Positions 53,186 through 64,000 of a stretch of DNA of 64,000 nucleotides are shown piece by piece. Made by a program: the position numbers and the translations under genes. The notes under the pieces were generated by a model, which saw nothing but the letters and a program-made list of their open reading frames with translations, did no database searches and was not told the DNA's origin. Source of the DNA: Eledone cirrhosa (taxonomy: Eukaryota); the NCBI GenBank assembly GCA_964016885.1, contig OZ024746.1, forward strand, positions 86,366,001-86,430,000, given 5' to 3'. How positions within the stretch are numbered: the first letter of the stretch is position 1; each line of letters starts with the position of its first letter.

Positions 53186-53538
53186 AATATGGTTTTATAA
53201 ATATAGTTTCCATTTATTTAATATCATTGTATATATATATATATATATTTTAAAAAAATTTCGCTCTACATGGCTGAATACAATAAAGGTAATCTGAGTT
53301 TTTCGAATTTTAATAATAACATTCGATTCGTTTTGCATAATTGCAAACGAATCGAATGATATTATGAATATTCGAAAAACTCAGATTAAAACGAATCGAA
53401 TGTTATTATTAATATTCGAAAAACTCAGACTACCTTTATTGTATTCAGTCATGTAGAGCGGGCATTTTTTTATTTTTATTATTTGAATGTGGCAAAGCCG
53501 GCCATTTATCGCTCGTATACAGGAAACTGACTGGCCAG

Positions 53539-53820
53539 TCTGCTGATATGTAAGTCTGGCTGATCAGTGGATCTGCTGATATGTAAGTCTGGCTGATCAG
53601 TGGATCTGCTGATATGTAAGTCTGGCTGATCAGTGGATCTGCTGATATGTAAGTCTGGCTGATCAGTGGATCTGCTGATATGTAAGTCTGGCTGATCAGT
53701 GGATCTGCTGATATGTAAGTCTGGCTGATCAGTGGATCTGCTGATATGTAAGTCTGGCTGATCAGTGGATCTGCTAATATGCAGATCTGACTGATGAGCC
53801 AGTCTGCTAATATGCAAATC
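53539..53820. repeat. 33-bp minisatellite: 7 perfect copies plus ~1.5 diverged
   Basis: TCTGCTGATATGTAAGTCTGGCTGATCAGTGGA. Confidence 0.95.
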
Positions 53821-53894
53821 AAACCGATCAGTCACTGTATACTTTAGAAAATAGTATATATTTTCACTAGCTTTGACAGTTTGGCAGGTGAACA

Positions 53895-53948
53895 GTGAGC
53901 TGTACTGATGAAGGGTGATACCCAGAAACATTAATGCCTGCAGTTCAC
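53895..53948 (+). ncRNA. Type I hammerhead motif, probably inactivated (U16.1C)
   Basis: gtgagctgta CTGATGA a gggt-gat-accc a GAAA cattaatg CC tgcagttcac; 10-bp stem I, palindromic stem III. Confidence 0.78.
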
Positions 53949-54163
53949 AAGAGCAAGAATGAAGGGTTCATTCTACTAACATGGCTATAAAATTGAGGCT
54001 TGTTTGCATAATTGCAAACGAATCGAATGTTATTATTAATATTCGAAAAACTCAGATTATATTTATATATAGTTCTTTCGTTGCTTTGCTAGTGTATGGT
54101 TGGGTTTGGCCTACCGCAATGTTCAATTTGTCAAGCTATTTAAACGTATGCTATTACTCTAAG

Positions 54164-54351
54164 GCAGCGGTTCCCAAAGTGGGTTCCGCGGAACCCGAGG
54201 GTTCCGCAAACAAATGTCTGGGGTTCCGTGAAAAAATGGTAGAGGGGTATATTTAAAATATGACCATATAACATGTATTAGACTTTGAGGTTCCCCCAAA
54301 AGTTTCTAAGCCAAAAAGGGTTCCGCGTTTGAAAAAGTTTGGGAAACCATT
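54164..54351. mobile_element. hAT (Charlie-like) MITE inserted in the F5 copy
   Basis: CAGCGGTTCCCAAA ... TTTGGGAAACCATT; internal GGGTTCCG repeats. Confidence 0.75.
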
Positions 54352-54435
54352 ATTGAGTGCTTTACTACTCATTCCTTATTGTAGGTCGACTTTGCTTGGC
54401 CACAGCCAAAGCTTCGATTTTACTAAGCTTCTACT

Positions 54436-54511
<76 letters not shown>

Positions 54512-54555
54512 TTAAAAACAAAAAACAAAAACAATAACGAAGAGTGCAGTACAAA

Positions 54556-54590
<35 letters not shown>

Positions 54591-54767
54591 ACCAATCTAG
54601 GGCTTCGTGACCAACATCACCGCCCCCATGACCGCAACAGGACCTACAATAGCTATTACCACCACACTAAACTATCAAATCCAACCATGTCAACTTTAAC
54701 CTCCTTGACCTACATTAACACTGCGTATTACTGTTATATCTTCCATCACTGCTACCATAACTGTGTC

Positions 54768-55095
54768 GCTACTACCCCCCCCCCCCAACTACTACTTCTG
54801 CTGCTACTACTACTGCTGCTACTACCACCACAACCACCACTACTATTACTACTATACTATTACTACTACTACAGCTGCTGCTACTATTACCTCCACTACC
54901 ACCACCAACACAACTACTACTACTGGTGCTACTACTACTATTACCACCACCACCACCATCACCACCACTACTGCTGCTACCACTACCACTGCTACCACCA
55001 CCACTACTACTGCTACCACCGCCACTACCACCACCACTTCTGCTACCACCACCGCTACTACTACTTCTGCTATCACCACCACTGTTGCAGCTGCA
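54768..55095. repeat. (ACT/ACC/GCT)n array
   Basis: Direct reading. Confidence 0.9.
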
Positions 55096-55648
55096 TAAGT
55101 GTATGTAATGTTTCAAGGCTATGCAATAAAAACAAATACGATGGATTTCATCTGGTTTCTTAACGCCAAACAATGGACTACTTGTTAGAAATATACTGTT
55201 TTAGTAATTTCTTCATTTCGCTTTAGTTTAATCCTTTCATTTACAACCAATGTTCTCTCTCTCTCTCTATCTCTCTCTCTCCACCTATCTCTCTCTCTCA
55301 CACACACACACAAATACATTTTACCTACCACCACGCACACACATACCAAATTCATGTATTGTTTTTTGTTACTATACATAATTGTTTCTACTTTTGCCAC
55401 AAGACCAGCAATTACCCAGTGTATTACTGGTACTTTATTTTATTGACCCTGTAAGGATGAAAGGCAAAGTTAACCTCGGCGGGATTTGAACTCAGACCAT
55501 AGAGGGCGATAACTCTTTGCTGCAAAGCATGGCATCAGACCCTCTACCGATACTGCCAATTCACCACCATTTGCTACTATACATAATGCGCAAGGGCCCC
55601 AAAGGAAATTTCAGTCAGAGGCCCCATGCAAGCTTAATCTGCCCTGCA

Positions 55649-55823
55649 CAGACCTGTCAACCTCTTAAAACACAAACGGGGAATACCATGAAAGAAAGTG
55701 CCTCAAAATGGGGAGATTTTACATAATGAAATCTATACTCATTTTCATAAGAGAAGACATCTCTCACCCACCCCAAAGTGGGTGGGAGATCTCCACGCCG
55801 GGCGGGGAGATTTGACAGGTCTA
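55649..55823 (+). mobile_element. hAT MITE with a perfect 8-bp TSD
   Basis: GCCCTGCA|CAGACCTGTCAA ... TTGACAGGTCTA|GCCCTGCA. Confidence 0.9.
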
Positions 55824-56152
55824 GCCCTGCATATAAACAGTTATATGGCTGTTAGTAATTTAAAACACATACATTAAAAAATTTATAATAAAATTATTGT
55901 ACACCGAAGCTCAAGGCCCCACGCCTAATCTATTCTCGGGTTGTCGAGTACACACAACAATCCATTTGCTCACTATACAGAGAGAGAGGGGGAGGGGCGA
56001 GAGCGATGGGGAAGAGCGAGAGAGAAGGGGGTGGTGGTGGTGACGGTGGGACTTCGGAGGACACATTTCACCTGTCAAGAGTGTATATTGATGTACAAAT
56101 CATTGTAGTTACCATTGTTGTTCTTGTTATTACTATATATATACATTATATC

Positions 56153-56490
56153 ACGGTGGATTGGCAGTATCGGTAGAGAGTCGGACGCCATGCTTTGAAG
56201 CATAAAGTTACGTCTCTTTATGATCTGAGTTCAAATCCCGCCGAGGTTAACTTTGCCTTTCATCCTTACGGGGTCGATAAAATAAAGTACCAGTAATGTA
56301 CTGGGTAATTGCTGGCCTTGTGCCTAAAAATAGAAACAATTATTCTCCAGCATAGTTACGTCCCTTTACGATCTGAGTTCAAATCTCGCCGAGGTTGATT
56401 TTGCCTTTCATCCTTACGGGGTCGATAAAATAAAGTACCAGTAATGCACTGGGTATTTGCTGGCCTTGTGCCTAAAGTAGAAACAATTAT
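56153..56490 (+). mobile_element. Tandem SINE A pair
   Basis: Family motifs. Confidence 0.9.
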
Positions 56491-56604
56491 ATATATATAA
56501 AGTACAATCCATTAATGGAATAGTAGAAATATGTAAAACATTCCAAAAAACTCTGCATCTAATAGAGAAGCAATAGGTATGAAAATATAATAAAGATCAT
56601 AATT

Positions 56605-56644
<40 letters not shown>

Positions 56645-56780
56645 GTAGTTAAGCAAATCAAGACCACAAACTCACATAGAAGATATTAGTCAAAGAGTAT
56701 CAACCTTAAGTGCAGTTTAATATAAAAAAGAGAGGTTAAGAATGTCAGTTTACAATTGTTTCATATATATATAAATATGT

Positions 56781-56872
56781 AAAAGGTAAACAGAAATAGC
56801 AACACAATCGGTACAGTATATGGAAGGGATATATTAGGTTAACGCTTGATATAGCAGGAAGACGGTCTTAAC
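56781..56872 (-). mobile_element. Second, 5'-truncated copy of the 24300-24640 hammerhead element
   Basis: AAAGGTAAACAGAAATA.CAACACAATCGGTACA.TATATGGAAGGGAT..AACGCTTGATATAGCAGGAAGA.GGTCTTAAC matches 24302-24382. Confidence 0.85.
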
Positions 56873-57103
56873 AGATATTTGAACCTCGCATCTCATAAGT
56901 CTGGTCCTGCCGATGAAAGCTTTCGACATTAGATAGAATATGGTACTGTTACATAATACAGTAAAACCAAAAATGGAATTGACTGCCCACAAATACGAGG
57001 TGGAGCGGTTGTTCCACTGTATTCCCCTCGTCATTCTCCGGGTCAATGTCTTCATCATATTCACCGGGACCACGAGGCGAACTGACCCTCGTAAATACAG
57101 ATT

Positions 57104-57142
<39 letters not shown>

Positions 57143-59473
57143 CTTTTGTTACTTTGCTGCCATCTGTTACAGTATATCTAGGTTTTAGATTGGTGATTTT
57201 CCCACAATATAAATAAGGTTCTACTTTGTGTACCCGTTTATTTATTAAGTCTTTAGCATGCGGTGTACTTGCACATTTACATTTCAGCGTGGTGACTATC
57301 TCAACTACAAACAGAACCGGATTTAATGGGGGGGGGGGGGGGAGACAAAGGGGGCGATGGCCCCGGGCACCCTGCACCCCACCAGAGACGGTCGTAGTAA
57401 TTTATTTGTGCCCTCAGCTGGGCTTTTTAGTTTTAGGAGGGATAGTATTTTTTTTATTTAATACCTGTATGTATAACTTTTCAATTCCAATTATTTGCGC
57501 CGAGCTAACTTTGATATGTAAAACTGGGGAGTTTACAGGTCTGCAACTTTGCCATTCATCCGAGGTCGATAAAATAAAGTACCACTTAAGTTCGAGGTCA
57601 AAATAATCGAATTTTCCTTATTCACAAATTCCTGGCTTTGTGTCTAAAGTAGAAATCTAAACTATAATAAAGTAAGGAGTGCGGGACTGCGTACGGTTTA
57701 TAATTTTGTATCCCATTAGTAAAATAAGTTGGATTACTTTGAATAAATAATGAATGAATATTACATAATTTATCTACTAAATTTCGTGGCTGTTCATTAA
57801 ATATATTTTGTTTATTTAAAGATTCACTTCGTTAAAATTTCTGAAATGTCAACACTGGTTTATTTAAGCCATCGCTTAAATAAACATACTAATTTTCTGT
57901 CACTAATTTTCTCCTAATGTAGTTTATATATAATATCATCTTTTTTTTAATGTATCATGGATTACGTTACTGATTACATAAGAGAATGTAACACAGTCTT
58001 CGTTCAATTTCTGCGTATATCGTCAATTACCATTTTATTTGATGTATCATATCTACATGTGTATATATATACCTGCGTATAATATCAATAAACACACTAC
58101 ACAAGCTAGCAGAAAACCACCCGATTAATGGAATTAATTGGTGTTACATAACTGATGGGCAACGAATTAGCAGAGTCGTTAGAACCTCGGATAGAATGCT
58201 TTATGGTATTAGTTCCGTCTCTCTACTCTCGGAGTTCAAATCCCACTGAAGTCAACTTTGCCTTTCATCATTTCGAAGTCTATAAAAAGAAGTACCAGTC
58301 TAGTACTGGGGTCGATTCTTCCTCTATATATCTTTCTTATTTCCTCTCTCCCACTTTCAATCTTTCTCTGGAATAAATCTGCTGTACTCAGGCTTGGAGA
58401 GGGATGGGCTCTGCAAGGATTAAAATGCCTAAGAGACGCCGTATGTCAATACGGCGCCCCTACGACTGTATCAGGAGTTACGGGACCATAACACATAACT
58501 GATACAAAACAATTTAGATTTGAATCCTTTAGCGATACTTACTTCGTATATCGCTAGAGGGGTCAGGTCATTCACAATATAAATAGTTTTTGTTTCAGAA
58601 AATCTCGGTTGTAAAATAAGCACGTACTACCAAATTGATAGAGAGGTCAGGTCATTGTGCAACGTAAACTGCATGCTAATATACCACTTATGAATGATTC
58701 TTTCACAAGATAAATCATTTTAATTTCATCAGACGATCTCAGATTAAATTACTTGAAAATTAAGCACAACCACAACCACAACATATATAAATATAAAAAT
58801 CCATACTAAAAGTCACAAGAGAAATTAACATTTTATTTAAATATTAAAGCATGTTAATTTAATACTGTGAGAACTTAAAAGATCAACTGTTGAAACTTCT
58901 CATCATAATTCTACGTAAAAATGAACTCTATAGATAATGACCACAACCACAAGGATATGGTCCGAACATGGAAGAGCCGGATTCCCACTGTCATCGCCCC
59001 CATCTCTCTGTATGGTGAGCAAATGGGGTCCCACATGCTGGCCTCTCCAAGCCCCGGCGGACATGGTCTACCCGAGACCAGCGCCCTGTGAGAACTTATG
59101 TCAATAAATATAAACCCCAAAACAAACTCACAAACATACATTGAAACAATATTTTTCCTGTTAAAGTCGTTGTTTTATTTTTACTTGTCTGAAATGTAAT
59201 TTTTTTTTATTCTGTAATTTTTTACTTGTGGTTTTATTTCTGTTCATTTAATACAGAAATGTATCCTACAGTAGGTTTAAAACTTTGATTAATTGAAATT
59301 CGTCATAAAATTAATAGATAAAATCTCCTTGAAAGAGTGTTTACAATCTTAAGATAGATGAATAAATGAAACAAGCAATGGGGATAACTTGAGAAAAATA
59401 ACTTCAGAGTAGCGAACGAGAGAGAGAGAGAGAGAGAGAGTTTAGTAAGTGAGTGTGAGAGAGAGAGAGAGAG

Positions 59474-59550
<77 letters not shown>

Positions 59551-59662
59551 CATACATGATGGAGAATAAAATATTTTGTTTTAAACATTTTCTAACCCAG
59601 AAAAAAGAGAAAAAATAAAGGAAAAAAAATATTTTTCTTCCTAATAATTGTTTTTTTCTCCC

Positions 59663-59710
<48 letters not shown>

Positions 59711-59787
59711 CGACAACTCGAGAATAGATTACTCTCGCGTGGAATCCCTTAGGAGGTTGTACCTCTTCAAAATTCCATTTAAAATAT

Positions 59788-59983
59788 CAGACCTGTCAAC
59801 TCTCACCGTCCATCGGGGAGATCTCCCACCCACTTTGGAGTGCGTGAGATATGTCTTCTCTAGTGAAAATGGGTATAGCTTTCATTATGTAAAATCTCCC
59901 CATTTTGCATCATTTTATCCCCGTTTTGGGGCACTTTCTTTCATGGTACTCCCCGTTTGGGTTTTTAGAGGTCGGCAGGTCTA
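59788..59983 (-). mobile_element. hAT MITE (CAGACCTGYCAAC family)
   Basis: Reverse complement of 48366-48558. Confidence 0.82.
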
Positions 59984-60174
59984 GTGTTCAGACCTGGTGA
60001 GGGATGGAGTCCGCCAGGTTCAAATCTACTGCTGCATCTCTACGACTCCTTCATGAGTTAAGGACCCATAGATGACATGGTTGGGTATTGCTTAACTATC
60101 TATAGCAATCAGGCTAATTCTAATTTTAGCAGTCAGTCCATGATTTATTAATTATACTCATAATTGTCTTTTCT

Positions 60175-60385
60175 GGTTTTTTCATTCGGGATAGAAACCA
60201 GAATGTTGGCGTTAGACATCCATTGCTCTGGACGTTCCTTTGTCTCAAGAAGTACTACTGACAGAGAAGAGGGTGTCCTCCTCGCAAATAAGTGGAAACA
60301 ACTCGAATTGAGGGTTCGACTAAGGCAGTATACGCCGGGGAGAAGAGACCTGACCGACCCAGAAGGCCATCGCACGCAGTGCATG
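60175..60385 (+). pseudogene. Probable MULE (Mutator-like) transposase C-terminal remnant
   Basis: Frameshifted GFHS..NQNVGVRHPLLWTFL.LK ... PPRK.KWKQLELRV..QY..GRRDL...KAIA resembles remembered MULE C-terminal motifs. Confidence 0.5.
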
Positions 60386-60463
60386 CGATTTTCAGGAATA
60401 GTGTATCGGGCTTTCTGAAAGTGGAGCCTTTTGACTATTGGGTCCTCTGATTACTGCCTCCAT

Positions 60464-60721
60464 AACGACGACGAGTGAAATTAACGTGCAAGTGGCTGAG
60501 CATTCCACAGACACGCGTCCACTTAATGTAGTTCTCAGGGAGATTCAATGTGACAAAGCTGGCCATTCGAATTACAGGTACAACTCATTTTTACGAACTG
60601 AATGTACTGGAACAACGTGAAATAAAGTGTCTTGCTCAAGGACACAACGCGCCGCCGGGAACTGAACTCACGACCTTACGATTGTGGACCGAATACCCTA
60701 ATCACAAAGCCATGCGCCTTC
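60464..60721 (-). mobile_element. SINE B with an 11-bp TSD
   Basis: ACTGCCTCCAT at 60453-60463 and 60722-60732; tRNA-like head on the minus strand. Confidence 0.85.
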
Positions 60722-60729
60722 ACTGCCTC

Positions 60730-61125
60730 CATCATCATCATCATCATCATATCTTGTCGCGCCAGTGCCGTATCCATTGAAGTGCAGCGTCGTTTGCTTC
60801 CATCAGGTCTTGGTCGGAGCACGTGGGTCCCAGTGAGCACCCACGGAGGATGTGGGCTATGGTCTGGGAGGTATCGCTGCAGGTGCACTCAGCGCAGGTG
60901 GCCAATCCCCACTTGTGGAGGTTGTCTCCAGTTTCGCCCGTTTTGGCTCTGGCCCTGTTTAGGGTTACCCAGTCCTTTCTGCTAAGAGATGTTCCATTGG
61001 GGAGGCTTTCATTTGGGCTTGGTAAGGCCGCGTTGGGTGGGCGGCGGTCACTCTCCCTCCACTTTTCCAACCTGTAAGCCGCCGATTGTGCATGCTCCAG
61101 GCTATCCACGATATCTATCCATGAT
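60730..61125 (-). pseudogene. Vingi/Ingi-like LINE 3' end with a (TGA)n tail
   Basis: WVTLNRARAKTG..GDNLHKWG...C.C....QTIAHILRGC (CCHC-type), ends WRDKI* and runs straight into (TGA)n. Confidence 0.8.
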
Positions 61126-61747
61126 AGACACACACAAACTGCCACTTACTGGACACTGCACATGTATTATATAAAGTACTATAAATATAATTTTTTAAAT
61201 CGGAACAAAACACTTGCACATATCTAAAACGTGCAGTCATGCAATGAAAGCATATAATATTAGCAATAGGAATAATTCTCTAATCTCCTCAGTCATTCGA
61301 TCTGGAGTCACGCAACATGTTTTATATAGCAGCAGAAACTATTTTAACAATCCTTTCACCGTTCTTGAAAGTCATCGTCTGTATGCATGCCTGGCTCCTA
61401 ACTTCTGAGAGAGCCGTTGGGGCTCTGTATTGACATACAACATTTCTTGGACATTTTCAAACCTGGTGGTGCCCATCCCTCTCTAGGTGTGGCTGAATAC
61501 AACATATTTCTTCCAGAGAAGGGTAGAGAGAGAGTGAGAGAATGGAAGTGAGAAAGAAATTTAGAGGAAGAACCGATCACAGTACTTCACTGGTACTTTT
61601 TTTTATCGACCTCGAAAGGATGAACGACAAAGTTGACCTCGGTGGGATTTGAACTCAGAGAGTAGAGAGCCGGAACGAATACCGCAAAGCATTCTATCCG
61701 ACATTCTAACGACTCTCCCAATTCACTGCCTGAAGTCAGTGTCTATA

Positions 61748-62980
61748 TAATTGTTTCTACTTTTGGCACAAGGCCAGCAATTATCCGAGTGCATTACTGG
61801 TACTTTATTTTACCGACCCCGTAAGGATGAAAGGCAAAGTTAACTTCGTCGGGATTTGAACTCAGACGCAAAGAGCCATAACTCTATGCTTGGCATAACG
61901 ACAATTTTGTGCCTCTCCTCGACAGTTCTTTCCTCAAAGCTTTCTTAATATTTAACAAAAGCTTTTCCAAGATCTGTTTTTCATGATGTAGATTACGATT
62001 ATGTTGACGAAATTTGAAAATAAATATTAATTTAACATTTTATAATAACTTAATTACTGTATATATTTCTGTTCGTTAAAGGTAAGCATACACTCGGAAT
62101 GTTCTTCATCATGCCGTCCATTTCCCTGTTTCAATAATTTTAATCTGGATAGTGTCCTTCTGAGCTCAAATCCCGCCGAGGTTAACTTTGCCTTTCATCC
62201 TTATGGGGTCGATAAAATAAAGTACCAGTCACGCACTGGAGTCGATTTAATCGACTTTCCCCTCCCCCCAAATTACTGGCCTTGTGCCTATATAAGAAAC
62301 CATTAATCTGGATAGTGTCCTAGATTTTCTACAGAAACAAAATGTTATTTCTCCAGCATTTAATCTACCCCAAAAGCCCTAAAAAATTTCATTAAAATAT
62401 TTGAATTTAGAATGTCGAATGAAATGCATAGCATCATTTCCTTAAGGCCACCCTCTACTTTCTGAGCTCAAATCCCGCCGAGGTCAACGTTGCCTTTCAT
62501 CCTTCCGGGGTCCATAAAATAAAGTACCAGTAACGTACTGGGGTCAGTATAATCGACTTTCCTTTTCCCCTCCAAATTGTTAGCCTTGTGCCTCAATTAG
62601 AAACCATTATCGGTAGAGGGTCGGACGCCATGCTTTGACGCATAGAATTACGACCCTTTCCATTCTGAGTTCAAATCCCGCCGAGGTCAACTTTGCCTTT
62701 CATCCTTACGGGGTCGATAAAATAAAGTACCAGTAATCTACTGGGTAATTGCAGGCCTTATGCCAAAAGTAGAAACAATTACTAAGAAAGTTATTAGGGC
62801 TGTGGCTTGTCAGTATCGGTAGAGCGTCGGACACACTGCTTCGAAATCCCGCCGAGGTTGGTTTTGCTTTTCATCCTTACGGCGTCTATAAAATAAAGTA
62901 CCAGTCACTTACTGGGATTGATTTAATCGACTCCCCCTACCCCCACAAATGCTGGTCTTGTGCCTAAATCAGAAATTATT
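61748..62980. mobile_element. SINE A cluster, five copies; 62158-62304 has an 18-bp TSD TAATCTGGATAGTGTCCT
   Basis: Family motifs and TSD read directly. Confidence 0.87.
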
Positions 62981-63081
62981 AAGGATATTATTTCTGCAGC
63001 ATATTGAATCCACCTCAAAAGCCGTAAAAATTAAAAAAAGGCGGGGGGGGGGGTATTAAACTGTAGTGTGCTGTTACATCT

Positions 63082-63294
63082 TTAGCTCTTTAGCATTCAC
63101 ATTACTCTGTACTTACTATTGTATTTTCACAGAAAAAGCTTTACCTCACATCATTATCTAATATATGAGATTTTGATATTTATTTTGAGAACAATACCTT
63201 AACATTAGTATGAGCAGCCAGTTATGGACTGTTTGAACAGAAAGAGGTGAGAGAATTCTGGCCGGATATGGCCGGTTTAAATGCTAAAAGGTTA
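63082..63294. mobile_element. Degenerate piggyBac-type MITE
   Basis: TTAGCTCTTTAGCATT ... AATGCTAAAAGGTTA. Confidence 0.6.
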
Positions 63295-63622
63295 CACAAC
63301 ATGCTACTCAACAATATGGTAGGGCACACACCAACAAGAGCCTCCATGTGGTAGCTCTATCAATTAAAAACCTCTCAAATCACACCTTACTATCTTAAAA
63401 TACAGAAAGGACGCATTGGTTAATGTAATTTTAGTTAAAGAAAAAAACGAGGTGGTCATATCTAGGACGCCTCTGAGTATACGTCTGTTCGAACAGGGCA
63501 GATGTTGCGCAATAACATGGAATAGCTACAACACCATTTCATTTGAAACGTCAGATGAAAAGCTTGTTTATTATCGGCTTTTGTATCATAGACCCACTGC
63601 AAGCATACTACTCAGCAACTAT

Positions 63623-63800
63623 TGGATTGGCAGTATCGGTAGAGAGTCGGACGTCATGCTTTGCAGCAAAGAGTTACGGCCCTTTATGATCTGAGTTCAA
63701 ATCCTGTCGAGGTTAACTTTGCCTTTCATCCTTACGAGGTCGATAAAATAAAGTACCAGTAATACACTGGGATAATTGCTGGCCTTGTGCCAAAAGTAGA
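63623..63800 (+). mobile_element. SINE A with AACTAT TSD inside a local tandem duplication
   Basis: AACTAT at 63617-63622 and 63801-63806; empty site in the sister unit at 63857-63925. Confidence 0.88.
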
Positions 63801-64000
63801 AACTATGTTATGTTATATAACACCCGCTGGTAAATATCTGGAACCTTATGCTACCGTCGGCTTTTATACGATAGACCCACTGCAAGCATGCTACTCAGCA
63901 ACTATGCTATGTTATATAACACCCGTTAAACACCACCATGACTACCATTAACACCGCATTGGCATACCATTGTATTCAACCAGCTAAACATAATAACCGC

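Larger units (their letters stand above)
52805..53229 (-). mobile_element. (TA)n-embedded foldback element, family F6 (tail 52805-52897; arms 52898-53046 / 53081-53229)
   Basis: ~150-bp slightly diverged arms, a hammerhead in each. Confidence 0.85.
53262..54059 (+). mobile_element. Terminally redundant hammerhead-bearing element with a 5' inversion (retrozyme/pLTR-like), family F7
   Basis: Inverted arm 53262-53333 vs 53388-53460; 57-bp direct repeat 53332-53388 = 54003-54059; HHR at 53895-53948. Confidence 0.7.

Noticed and set aside
53445-53931. ORFs with 11-aa repeats (ADPLISQTYIS)
   Set aside because: A by-product of a 33-bp minisatellite with identical units and no synonymous variation
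56949-57100. Possible host exon (GPGEYDEDIDPENDEG...)
   Set aside because: No recognisable domain, no partner exons and no convincing splice pair; left unexplained
58695-58735. Minus-strand CTGATGA...GAAA
   Set aside because: Stems I and II do not pair; likely chance in AT-rich DNA

Overview
Eukaryotic, AT-rich, repeat-saturated DNA with no recognisable intact host gene. The SINE, LINE and MITE repertoire looks cephalopod (Octopus-like); this is inferred from remembered repeat families. Contents: a ~9.1 kb satellite with a 55-bp unit (7388-16510), about 35 copies of one tRNA-derived SINE, and a second SINE family. Also decayed RTE, R4/Dong and Vingi LINE pieces, hAT, Tc1-mariner and piggyBac MITEs, Helitrons, probable MULE and BEL remnants, and many microsatellites, which explain nearly all listed ORFs. 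The standout signal, invisible in the ORF track, is a population of short non-coding insertions at or beside (TA)n tracts that carry type I hammerhead ribozyme (HHR) motifs. There are about 13 full or near-full motifs from about 10 distinct sequence families, most with a palindromic stem III. Nine insertions share one architecture: a 5' inverted arm, a direct arm, then a 35-100 nt unpaired tail. This fits Penelope-like (PLE) pseudo-LTR or retrozyme-type retroelements targeting (TA)n. All folds were read by eye and need computational and biochemical confirmation.
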